From contig JAYZQJ010000247.1 in NCBI GenBank assembly GCA_036149055.1, forward strand, positions 1 through 18,176: a stretch of 18,176 bases of DNA, written 5' to 3'. Below, piece by piece: positions 1-7,891 of this stretch. A program made the position numbers and the translations under genes. The notes beneath the pieces are model-generated. The model had not been told where the DNA came from. It did no database searches and saw nothing but the letters and a program-made list of their open reading frames with translations. The stretch's first letter is position 1, and each line of letters begins with the position of its first letter. The stretch is from Myxococcota bacterium (GTDB taxonomy: Bacteria; Myxococcota_A; Polyangia; Polyangiales; Sandaracinaceae).

Positions 1-1
1 C

Positions 2-31
2 CGCATCACGGTCAACTGCCGCCCGGGCTGA
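2..31 (+). CDS. probable 3' end of an upstream gene (partial, ...RITVNCRPG*)
   Basis: Frame 2 reads CGC ATC ACG GTC AAC TGC CGC CCG GGC TGA. Every sense codon ends in G/C, and a strong terminator follows. Confidence 0.5.
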   Translation, partial: RITVNCRPG

Positions 32-47
32 GCCGACCGCGCTCGCC

Positions 48-86
48 GACGGCCGCCGCGACTCGCTCGCGGCGGCCGTTCTTTTT
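48..86 (+). terminator. Rho-independent terminator
   Basis: Perfect 13-bp stem ACGGCCGCCGCGA (49-61) / TCGCGGCGGCCGT (67-79) with a 5-nt loop, followed by TCTTTTT (80-86). It lies just after the TGA at 29-31. Confidence 0.85.
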
Positions 87-97
87 CCGTCGCCGGT

Positions 98-110
98 TGA
101 ACGCCGTTCA
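98..110. promoter_or_regulatory. candidate operator palindrome upstream of the FadL operon
   Basis: TGAACG-C-CGTTCA is a perfect inverted repeat, 25 nt upstream of a TATCGT -10-like hexamer (136-141). Confidence 0.45.
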
Positions 111-148
111 TCCCCGCGTGGGGGTCCTCTTCGTGTATCGTCACGCGC

Positions 149-1429
149 GTGAAACACGCCCCCCTCGCGGCGCTGCTGCTCTTGTTCACGTCGAGCACCG
201 CGTACGCCTCCCCTCAGGACCTCTTCGGCTTCGGCGGCCGCTCGCCGGGCATGGCGATGACCGGCGCGTCGTACGTCGAAGGCTACGAGGCGGTCTTCAG
301 CAACCCGGCCGGCCTCGCGCCGGTGCGGACGCGCGGCCTGCACCTCGGCCTCCAGGGCGGCAACTTCCAGCTCAGCATCGACGGGGAGCGCTCCCCGATC
401 ACGCCGGGCCGCGGCATCGTGATCGGCTTCCACCTGCCGCTGCCCTTCGGCGACGTGCTCGAGGATCGGCTGGTGTTCGGCGGCGGCTTCTACACCCCGG
501 CCGAGGTCCTGCTGCGCGGCAACGTGACCTTCCCGGAGGTGCCGCAGTGGACGGTGCTCGACCGGGCCCAGGTGCTCGCCGTCCAGGTGGGGCTCGGGAT
601 CGACCTGCACGGCCTGGTCGACGGGCTCTCCCTGGGCTTCGGCTTCAGCGCGCTCGCCAACGTCTTCGGCGTGCTCGACGTGCGGCTCGACGAGACCAAC
701 GCCTTCAGCTCGGTGGTCGAGACCCAGCTGCTGACCACCTTCGCCCCGATCGTCGGCGCCCGCTACACGCAGCCCGAGTGGGGGATCGGCCTGACGTATC
801 GGCACGAGCTCGTGTCGATCACCGACCTCAACATCGCCACCGCCGACCTGCCGGTGATGCTGCCCGTGCTCCGGGTGGGCGGCGTGGTCCAGTACGACCC
901 GCCGACGATCATCGCCGAGGGGCACTGGAAGCCCATCCCGAGCCTGATGCTGGTGGCCAACGTGACGACCCAGCTGTGGAGCTCCTTCCCCGGCATGCAG
1001 ATCGGGACCACGGCGATGGGCACGCAGGCGCCGGCGCCCGAGTTCTCGCCGGTGGTCGTCCCGCGGGTGGCGGTCGAGGGCACGCACCGCGACGGCGAGT
1101 TCACCTTCGCCTTCCGGGGCGGCTACGCGCTCCAGCTCTCGCCGGCCCCGCCGGCGCGCATGGCCAACCGCCGCCTACCGAACGGCGAGCCGACGAGCGA
1201 GCAGGTGCCCTTCCGCGTCCTCGACAACGACCGGCACATCCTCACCGCCGGCTTCGGCTGGACGATCCACCTCGGCCCCGGCGGTGAGAAGCTGGTGCTC
1301 GACGCCTACGGGCAAGCCCACGTGCTCATGGACCGCACCCACGAGATCGGCCGCACCGCGGGCGCGGACCCGATGGTGACGAGCGGCTACGGGCTCGTCG
1401 GCGGCTGGACGATCGGAGCGGAGTTCTGA
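149..1429 (+). CDS. FadL/OmpP1/TodX-family outer-membrane transporter (long-chain fatty acid/hydrophobic compound), paralogue 1
   Basis: GTG start and Sec signal peptide (MKHAPLAALLLLFTSSTAYA). N-terminal hatch signature GMAMTGA...FSNPAGL, amphipathic beta-strands, late DNDRH motif and C-terminal Phe (GAEF). Confidence 0.8.
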   Translation: MKHAPLAALLLLFTSSTAYASPQDLFGFGGRSPGMAMTGASYVEGYEAVFSNPAGLAPVRTRGLHLGLQGGNFQLSIDGERSPITPGRGIVIGFHLPLPFGDVLEDRLVFGGGFYTPAEVLLRGNVTFPEVPQWTVLDRAQVLAVQVGLGIDLHGLVDGLSLGFGFSALANVFGVLDVRLDETNAFSSVVETQLLTTFAPIVGARYTQPEWGIGLTYRHELVSITDLNIATADLPVMLPVLRVGGVVQYDPPTIIAEGHWKPIPSLMLVANVTTQLWSSFPGMQIGTTAMGTQAPAPEFSPVVVPRVAVEGTHRDGEFTFAFRGGYALQLSPAPPARMANRRLPNGEPTSEQVPFRVLDNDRHILTAGFGWTIHLGPGGEKLVLDAYGQAHVLMDRTHEIGRTAGADPMVTSGYGLVGGWTIGAEF

Positions 1430-2814
1430 TGCGCGCCCTCCTGCTCACCCTCGCGGCGCTCTCGCTGGCCCCGTCGATCGCGGTGGCCCAGCCGATGGAC
1501 ACCTACGGCATGGGCTCGCGCTCGGTCGCGCTCGGCGGCGCGGTCACCGCCGACGTCGAGGACTTCAGCGCCAACTACTACAACCCGGCCGGCCTCGTGC
1601 GCAGCGGCGAGCTGCGGGTCGGCGTGGGCTGGTTCGGCGCCCACCACATGTTCGAGGTCAACGGGTACGACTCCAACGTCGACCCGGTGCACGGCATCGT
1701 GCTCGGTCTCAACGTGCCGGGGCGGATCGACGACTTCCGGTTCGCCTTCGGCCTCGGCGTGCACCTCAACGACCAGCGCGTCTCCCGGACCCGCACCCTG
1801 CCCCGGGAGCGCCCGCGCTGGGAGCTCTACGACAACCGCGGTCAGCGGACGTACCTGGCGACCTCGCTGTCGATCCAGCCCTTCGACTGGCTGCGCATCG
1901 GCGGCGGCATCGCGTTCCTCAGCTACTCCAAGAACAACCTGCTGATCCGCGGCGACATCGACTTCGCCAACCCCTCGCTGAACTCGCAGCTCGAGCACCA
2001 GCTCACCGCCGAGCTGATCACCATCCGCTACCCGCAGGTCGGCGTGCAGGTGCAGCCGCTCGAGTGGCTGAACTTCGGCCTCGTCTACCGCGGCGAGTAC
2101 GCGCTCGACAACACGCTCGTGGCGGAGGTCGGGACCCTGGACTCGAGCGGGCGGCCGAGCATCGACGCGCGCGACGCGACCCGGATCATCGTCGGCGAGG
2201 TGGTCATCCCCGGCTACCTCTCGCTGCTCTCGCAGTCGGTCAACGCCTACGTGCCGCACCAGATCAGCTTCGGCGCCAGCGTCGAGCCGACCCCCGACCT
2301 GCGGATCTCGTTCGAGGCGACCTACCTCTTCTGGTCGCTCTACCAGAGCCCGATCGGCTCGAGCGCGATCGACCTCCGCATCGCGGTGCCGCCGGAGCTC
2401 CAGGACACGATCATGGTGCCCGACAGCCTGACCCAGGGCGTGCCGGCCGACGCCAACTTCTCCGACCGGATCGTGCCGCGCGTGGGCGTCGAGTACACCG
2501 CGGTGCGCAACACCGATCTCGCGTTCGCGGTGCGCGCCGGCTACTTCTACGAGAACAGCCCGGCCCCGAACCAGGGCGGCGCGTTCAACCTGATCGACAC
2601 CGACCGTCACGCCTGGAGCGTCGGCGCCGGGCTCGAGCTGTTCCAGCTCCGCCCCGTGCTGCCGGGCTCGCTCGCGATGGACGTGCACTTCCAGTACGGG
2701 TGGCTGCCGTCGCGCACGATGATCAAGGAGTCGCCGATCGATCCCATCGGGGACTACACGGCCGAAGGCCACATGATCGCCGGCGGGGCCACGATCGAAG
2801 CGAGGTTCGAATGA
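1429..2814 (+). CDS. FadL/OmpP1/TodX-family outer-membrane transporter, paralogue 2
   Basis: Signal peptide; GSRSVALGGAVTA...ANYYNPAGL hatch motif; VRAGYFYENSP and DTDRH motifs typical of FadL C-terminal strands. TGATG overlap with the upstream gene. Confidence 0.85.
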   Translation: MRALLLTLAALSLAPSIAVAQPMDTYGMGSRSVALGGAVTADVEDFSANYYNPAGLVRSGELRVGVGWFGAHHMFEVNGYDSNVDPVHGIVLGLNVPGRIDDFRFAFGLGVHLNDQRVSRTRTLPRERPRWELYDNRGQRTYLATSLSIQPFDWLRIGGGIAFLSYSKNNLLIRGDIDFANPSLNSQLEHQLTAELITIRYPQVGVQVQPLEWLNFGLVYRGEYALDNTLVAEVGTLDSSGRPSIDARDATRIIVGEVVIPGYLSLLSQSVNAYVPHQISFGASVEPTPDLRISFEATYLFWSLYQSPIGSSAIDLRIAVPPELQDTIMVPDSLTQGVPADANFSDRIVPRVGVEYTAVRNTDLAFAVRAGYFYENSPAPNQGGAFNLIDTDRHAWSVGAGLELFQLRPVLPGSLAMDVHFQYGWLPSRTMIKESPIDPIGDYTAEGHMIAGGATIEARFE

Positions 2815-3902
2815 AGCGCGGACTCGTCGCCGTCGCCGGCCTGCTCGCCCTCGGGCTGATCGCGCCCGCCTGCAGCACCATCGGGGATCCGGGCGGGATG
2901 CCCGAGGCGCTGCCCCACGGCGGGACCGGCGCGTTCCGGGTGCTCGAGGCGCCGGAGGAGACCGGCCTCCGAGGCACGCCGGGCGCGGCCCTGCTGCTCC
3001 TCGAGGACGCCTTCGTGGGCGCGATGGTGCAGGGCGACTTCGTCTTCTTCACCTCCGCGCCGCCGGTCGAGGAGCCGCTCCCGATGGTCCCCGAGGACCA
3101 CCCGGCGGGGGAGATCTTCTGGCCCGCGTTCGAGGCGCGCCGCATCCACCGCGGCGCCCGCCGCGACGACGGCTTCGGGGCGTTCGACGGCGGAGGCGCG
3201 ATCCTGACGGCGGAGGCCGCCTGGGAGGGCGAGGAGGTCTTCGATCCGTGGGTCGTCGAGGACGGCGGCGTGGCGCGGCTCTACTACGCGGCGGACGGCG
3301 GCATCGGCGTGGCGGAGGCCCCCGGCCTCGACGGCGCCTTCACGCGGGTCGGCGACGGCCCGGTGCTCGGCCCCGAGGCCGCGGCGACCGGCGCCCCGAC
3401 GCGCCCGAGCGTGGTGCGCGGGCCCGAAGGCGACTGGCTGATGTACTACGACGCGGGCGGCGAGATCCGGGTGGCGCGCTCGAGCGACGGGCTCGCGTTC
3501 ACTCCGCTCGGGCCGATCACCGTGGAGGGCATGGACCTCGGGGAGTCGCCCGAGCTGGAGCGCGCGCACCCCGGCGCCCTCGCGGTGACCACCCCGGCCG
3601 GCCGACCGCTCGTCCGCCTCTACTTCGAGTCGATCCGCGAGGACGGCGCCCACAAGCTCTACGTCGCCGGCAGCTTCGACGGCGTGGCCTTCGAGCGGCA
3701 CGAGGTCGAGCTGCTCGAGAGCGTCGACCTCCGCTACCCCGCGCCGGTGGCCCTCGACGAGCGGGTCACCCTCCTCTACGCGTCGACCCGCTTCAACTCG
3801 GTCGGACGGATCACCCGCGGGCTCCAGAAGCGCGCGCTCATCGTCTCGGTCGCGCCCCTGAGCACCTCGTTCCTCCCGCCGGAAGAGGACGAGGCCGAGT
3901 AG
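2811..3902 (+). CDS. probable lipoprotein with 5-bladed beta-propeller, glycoside-hydrolase-like (GH43/32/130-type fold), 363 aa
   Basis: The true start is ATG 2811 (ATGA overlap with the FadL2 stop), inside the over-extended ORF 2064..3902. Signal peptide ends IAPA-C21. Blade motifs are VFDPWVV..RLYY..IGVAEA, RPSVV..WLMYY..IRVARSSDG, HPGAL..RLYF..LYVAGSFDG and RYPAPV..LLYA. Confidence 0.7.
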   Translation: MKRGLVAVAGLLALGLIAPACSTIGDPGGMPEALPHGGTGAFRVLEAPEETGLRGTPGAALLLLEDAFVGAMVQGDFVFFTSAPPVEEPLPMVPEDHPAGEIFWPAFEARRIHRGARRDDGFGAFDGGGAILTAEAAWEGEEVFDPWVVEDGGVARLYYAADGGIGVAEAPGLDGAFTRVGDGPVLGPEAAATGAPTRPSVVRGPEGDWLMYYDAGGEIRVARSSDGLAFTPLGPITVEGMDLGESPELERAHPGALAVTTPAGRPLVRLYFESIREDGAHKLYVAGSFDGVAFERHEVELLESVDLRYPAPVALDERVTLLYASTRFNSVGRITRGLQKRALIVSVAPLSTSFLPPEEDEAE

Positions 3903-3906
3903 ACCT

Positions 3907-4647
3907 TCAGCCGGGGAACGAGCGAACCGTCAGCAGGTGCCAGGCCGCGGCGAGCGGCCGGTCGGGCAGCCCCGCGAAGTAGCGCATCGCGCCCGGCAGC
4001 GTGCCGAAGGTCCGCTCGATGCGCCGCCACTTCGGGTCCTGGGCGATGTTGTCGCGCAGGGGCGCGTCGGCGTCTCTCGTCTCGCGGTAGGCGCGCACGT
4101 ACGCGAGCAGCCGCGCGTGGTAGTCGGGCTCCTCGACGATGGCGCCGATGCTCTCCACCCGCGGGTGGGTGCCCTCGAGCATCGCGATCACCTGCGCCTC
4201 GAGCGCCTCGAGCCCGCCCTCGTGGCTCTCGAGCAGCTGGAGATCGTACGCCGGGTTGGCGTGCACCACCTGCATGAGGTGGCCGATGATCGCGTCGCGC
4301 GTGCTGAGGAAGCCCGTCGGGTCGACCATCGACGCGGGATCGTCGAGCACGCGGAGCACCTGGTGGAAGCCGAACGAGATGCCGCGGGAGGCGTAGTACT
4401 CGGCCGCCGCCGGGCTGATCCAGAAGCGGAGCATGTCGATGGAGCCGACCACCAGCTGCAGCCGCGACGGCGCGCGCTCGAGGTAGCCGAGGGCCTCCAG
4501 CCGCTCGAGCCGCGCGTCGAGCGCCGGCCCGTCGGCGTAGGCGGAGAGCGCCCTCGCCAGCCCCACCGCCTTGGCCCGGAGCGCCGCCGGCCCTCCCGCG
4601 GCCCGCCGCAGGAGCGCCCAGGGAGAGGCCTCCAGCCGATCGGTCAC
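3907..4647 (-). CDS. hypothetical protein (246 aa), translationally coupled to the permease
   Basis: GTG at 4647 overlaps the permease TGA (GTGA). The C-terminal part of ORF 3907..6246 (TDRLEASPW...RSFPG) has globular-protein composition and GC3-rich codons, unlike the Arg-rich upstream part. Confidence 0.75.
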   Translation of the reverse strand: MTDRLEASPWALLRRAAGGPAALRAKAVGLARALSAYADGPALDARLERLEALGYLERAPSRLQLVVGSIDMLRFWISPAAAEYYASRGISFGFHQVLRVLDDPASMVDPTGFLSTRDAIIGHLMQVVHANPAYDLQLLESHEGGLEALEAQVIAMLEGTHPRVESIGAIVEEPDYHARLLAYVRAYRETRDADAPLRDNIAQDPKWRRIERTFGTLPGAMRYFAGLPDRPLAAAWHLLTVRSFPG

Positions 4648-6086
4648 GGGCCCCCCTTCGCGACGTGCTCGGCGAAGTCCTCCTCCGGGGAGTAGACGAG
4701 GTTCTTGCGCGCGTGCACCGCGAAGTAGACCAGGCCGAGCGCGTACCAGATCGCCGCGCCGATCACGACGAGGCGGTAGACCGGGTCGACCACGAACAAG
4801 GTGACCAGGGTGACGAGCGCGATGACGAGCGCGATCACCGCGCCGGGGATCCCGAGGGGGCTCCGGTAGGGCCGCGGCAGGTCCGGGAAGCGGATCCGGA
4901 GCGCGATGAACGAGAGCATCTGGAGCACGTAGCTGATGACCGCGCCGAACACGGCCATGTTGAGCAGCACCGCGCCGACCGGGTGGTCGGTGCCCACGTA
5001 GTGCAGGACGAGCGCGACCACGAAGCCGAGCGTCGCGCCCACCACCAGCGCCACGTGCGGGGTCTTGCGGACCGCGTGGGTCTTGCTGAGCCAGCGCGGG
5101 AAGTAGCCGGCGCGCGAGAGCGAGTAGATCTGCCGGCCGTAGGCGAAGACGATGGTGTGGAAGCTCGCCACCAGCCCGGCCACCGCGAAGAGCGCGAGCC
5201 ACGCCCCGACGTCCTCCCCCAGCGTGGTCTGCAGGCCGACCAGCAGCGGCTCCTCGCTCGTCGAGATCGCCGCGGCGCCTGGCGGGATCGCGGTGTTCAG
5301 CAGGAGCGTGAGGAACGCGGCGACGACCAGCGTCAGCAGCCCGAGCAGGATGCCCCGCGGCATGTCCTTCGCGGGGTCGTGCGCCTCCTCGGCCGCGAGC
5401 GGCAGCTCCTCGATCGCCAGGTAGAACCACATCGCGAACGGCAGCGCGCCGAACACCCCGCCCCACCCCTTCGGGAACCACGCGTCCTCGCCCGGCAGGT
5501 CGAGCGCGAGGGAGAGGTCGAAGTGCGGGATCGCGGTGACGTAGAAGAGGGTGAGGATGCCGAGCGCCACGAAGGTGATCACGACCGTGAACCGGAAGCT
5601 CGCCTCGACGCCGAACACGTTGAGGCCGACGAAGACGCCGTAGGCGGCGAGCCACCAGAGCGGCGCGAGCTCGGCGGGGGTGTGGAAGATGGCGCCGAGG
5701 TAGCTGCCGATCGCGACGACGATCACCGCCGGCGTGAGGATGAACTCCATGTTCTCGGCGAGGCCGGTCACGAAGGCGCCCCAGGGCCCGAGCGCGGTGC
5801 GGGCGAAGGAGTAGGCGCCCCCGGTGTGCGGCAGCGCGGGCGACATCTCCGCGATCGAGAAGCAGAGGCCCGCGTACATCACGGTGATGATCGCGGTGGC
5901 CACGAGCATGCCGCCGAAGCCCCCCGACCCGAGGCCGAAGTTCCAGCCGAAGAAGTCGCCGCTGATCACCGCGCCGACGCCCAGCGCCCACAGCGACCAG
6001 ACCCGCGCGTAGCGCTTGAGCCCGCGCTCGGCGAAGTACGCCGCGTCCACCTTCTCGTAGGCCACCCCCCGTCGGTCGTCGGTCAC
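4644..6086 (-). CDS. APC-superfamily amino acid/amine permease, ethanolamine permease (Eat)-like
   Basis: About 12 hydrophobic segments. TM1 LWALGVGAVISGDFFGWNFGL, plus AEMSPALPHTGGAYSFARTALG and AMWFYLAIEELPLAAEEAHDPAKDMPRG, match the ethanolamine-permease subfamily. Start is either ATG 6098 or GTG 6086; 6086 is preferred because TATGCT sits 7 nt upstream. Confidence 0.88.
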   Translation of the reverse strand: MTDDRRGVAYEKVDAAYFAERGLKRYARVWSLWALGVGAVISGDFFGWNFGLGSGGFGGMLVATAIITVMYAGLCFSIAEMSPALPHTGGAYSFARTALGPWGAFVTGLAENMEFILTPAVIVVAIGSYLGAIFHTPAELAPLWWLAAYGVFVGLNVFGVEASFRFTVVITFVALGILTLFYVTAIPHFDLSLALDLPGEDAWFPKGWGGVFGALPFAMWFYLAIEELPLAAEEAHDPAKDMPRGILLGLLTLVVAAFLTLLLNTAIPPGAAAISTSEEPLLVGLQTTLGEDVGAWLALFAVAGLVASFHTIVFAYGRQIYSLSRAGYFPRWLSKTHAVRKTPHVALVVGATLGFVVALVLHYVGTDHPVGAVLLNMAVFGAVISYVLQMLSFIALRIRFPDLPRPYRSPLGIPGAVIALVIALVTLVTLFVVDPVYRLVVIGAAIWYALGLVYFAVHARKNLVYSPEEDFAEHVAKGGP

Positions 6087-6118
6087 GGGCGCGAGCATAC
6101 CTCTGGTACCGTCGGCGC
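6087..6118. promoter_or_regulatory. candidate compact bidirectional promoter (back-to-back -10 boxes)
   Basis: Minus strand: TATGCT (6099-6094), 7 nt before GTG 6086. Plus strand: TG-G-TACCGT (extended -10, 6104-6112), 6 nt before ATG 6119. No Shine-Dalgarno sequence at normal spacing before GTG 6086 or ATG 6119. Confidence 0.5.
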
Positions 6119-6655
6119 ATGACCCGCGCCGCCCTGCTCGCGCTGATCCTCGCCGCGCCCGCCGCGGCCGCCGCCGACGCGCTGCCGCCCCCCGAGGACA
6201 TCACCTGCCGCGACGGCGAGCGCGTCGTGACCGACCACGGCGGCACCCGCTGCGAGCTGCCCTGGTGCGAGACCGACGCCGACTGCCCGGACGGAGCGCG
6301 CTGCCCGGCGATGCGGTGCGTGGCCTACGTCGAGAACCCGGCCGAGATGTGCCGGCCCGGCGCGCACAAGGAGCCGCCGGACCCGTGCGCGCCCATCGCG
6401 GAGGACCGCGGCCCCTGCCGCGACGCCGAGCCCCGCTGCGACGGCGACGCGCGCTGTCAGCGCAGCCAGTGCGAGTGGGTGGACGCCGCGCCGCCCCGCC
6501 CGGCCGCGTCGGAGGCCCCGGCCGAGGACCAGGCGCCCCCCACCGCGTCGAGCGGCGGCGGCTGCTGCGGCTCCGGCGGCGCGCGCGCCCGGGGGCTCGC
6601 CCCGGTCCTGTCGCTCATCCTGTTCGGGGCCGCCCTGATCCTGCGTCGCGGTTGA
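6119..6655 (+). CDS. secreted Cys-rich surface protein with MYXO-CTERM-like C-terminal sorting signal
   Basis: Signal peptide, Cys-rich core (CETDADCPDGARC...), Pro/Ala linker, then SSGGGCCG + hydrophobic helix + RRG, which is the MYXO-CTERM layout. Confidence 0.75.
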   Translation: MTRAALLALILAAPAAAAADALPPPEDITCRDGERVVTDHGGTRCELPWCETDADCPDGARCPAMRCVAYVENPAEMCRPGAHKEPPDPCAPIAEDRGPCRDAEPRCDGDARCQRSQCEWVDAAPPRPAASEAPAEDQAPPTASSGGGCCGSGGARARGLAPVLSLILFGAALILRRG

Positions 6656-6694
6656 CCCTCGACCGGGGGGCGCGGGCCGACGTACGTTAGCGGC

Positions 6695-7846
6695 ATGCTT
6701 CGCTCGATCGCCCTCGCCTCCGTCGCCACCCTCGCCCTCGTCGCCTGCGACGGCGGCCCGGCGCGGATCCCCGATCTCGACAGCGGCGCCCGCACCGACG
6801 CGCGCCCCACGCCGGCCGACACCGGGCCGGCGCCGGGGGACTGCTTCGACGGGCGCCGCAACGGCGACGAGACCGACCGCGACTGCGGCGGCTCCTGCCC
6901 GGGTTGCGTGGACGGCGACGACTGCGTCGAGGACACCGACTGCCTGAGCGGGGCGTGCACGGGCGGCGTCTGCGGCGTCCCCACCTGCGATGACGGCTCC
7001 CGCAACCAGAGCGAGACCGACGTCGACTGCGGCGGGATGGAGTGCGCGGCGTGCAGCGAGGGCCGCATGTGCCAGCGCAACGACGACTGCGAGAGCTCGG
7101 TCTGCCGCGCCGGCACCTGCGCCGAGCCGACCTGCGAGGACCGCCGTCAGAACGGCAACGAGACCGACGTCGACTGCGGCGGCGTCACCTGCCCGGGCTG
7201 CCCGGCGGGCGACGCGTGCACCCGCGGCGTGGACTGCGACAGCATGGTGTGCGTCGATGGCGCCTGCGCCGAGCCCGCCTGCGACGACGGCTTCCTCAAC
7301 GGCGAGGAGACGGATCGCGACTGCGGCGGCTTCGACTGCCGCGGCTGCCGCGACCGGCAGATGTGCCTGGTGAACTCGGACTGCGGCAGCGAGGTCTGCG
7401 AGGCCGGCGCGTGCGTCGGCAACGGCGACTTCGAGGACGACTTCGAGTCCGGCGCGTTCGGGCCCGCGTGGCGCGGCGGCGGCACGTCGCCGTGGATCAT
7501 CGAGACGACCTCGCCGCTGACCGGCACCGCGAGCGCGCGCAGCGGCCCGATCACGCACAACCAGACGAGCGACCTCGAGCTCGACGTGACCTGCGGCGGG
7601 GCCGGCATGGTGAGCTTCACCTATCGGGTCAGCAGCGAGAGCTGCTGCGACGACCTCATCTTCTCGATCGACGGCGCCACCGTCGACGACTGGGCCGGCT
7701 CCGTGGGCCCGGCGACGGCGACCTTCCCGCTCACCGCCGGCTCGCACACCCTCCGCTGGCGCTACGACAAGGACGTCAGCCTCTCCACCGGCGACGACTC
7801 CGGCTTCATCGACGACGTCGTCGTGATGGGCTGCACGGCCCCCTGA
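6695..7846 (+). CDS. lipoprotein with four 8-Cys myxobacterial repeats and a C-terminal beta-sandwich (adhesin/carbohydrate-binding-like) domain
   Basis: Lipobox LVA-C18. Four repeats of C-x-D-G/R-x-x-N-x-x-E-T-D-x-D-C-G-G. C-terminal DDFESG...SARSGPI...VSFTYRVSSE...GSHTLRWRYDKD...DSGFIDDV jelly-roll-type pattern. Confidence 0.8.
   Translation: MLRSIALASVATLALVACDGGPARIPDLDSGARTDARPTPADTGPAPGDCFDGRRNGDETDRDCGGSCPGCVDGDDCVEDTDCLSGACTGGVCGVPTCDDGSRNQSETDVDCGGMECAACSEGRMCQRNDDCESSVCRAGTCAEPTCEDRRQNGNETDVDCGGVTCPGCPAGDACTRGVDCDSMVCVDGACAEPACDDGFLNGEETDRDCGGFDCRGCRDRQMCLVNSDCGSEVCEAGACVGNGDFEDDFESGAFGPAWRGGGTSPWIIETTSPLTGTASARSGPITHNQTSDLELDVTCGGAGMVSFTYRVSSESCCDDLIFSIDGATVDDWAGSVGPATATFPLTAGSHTLRWRYDKDVSLSTGDDSGFIDDVVVMGCTAP
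6842..7417 (+). repeat. intragenic tandem repeat, 4 x 144-147 nt (48-49 aa)
   Basis: Units start at the Cys codons 6842, 6986, 7133 and 7280. Each contains GAGAC(C/G)GA(C/T)...GACTGCGGCGG (ETDxDCGG). Confidence 0.9.
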
Positions 7847-7857
7847 GGCGAGGGCCC

Positions 7858-7884
7858 GCGAGCGCTCCGCGAGGGAGCGCCCGC
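7858..7884. terminator. hairpin between convergent genes, possible bidirectional terminator
   Basis: GCGCTCC (7862-7868) / GGAGCGC (7874-7880), extendable by 3 bp past one mismatch. No U-tract. Confidence 0.35.
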
Positions 7885-7891
7885 AGGTCGC

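Noticed and set aside
99..109. LexA (GAAC-N4-GTTC) or KstR box
   Set aside because: The spacing is GAAC-N3-GTTC, which matches neither the Gram-positive SOS box (N4) nor KstR (AAC-N2-GTT). It is kept only as an unassigned palindrome.
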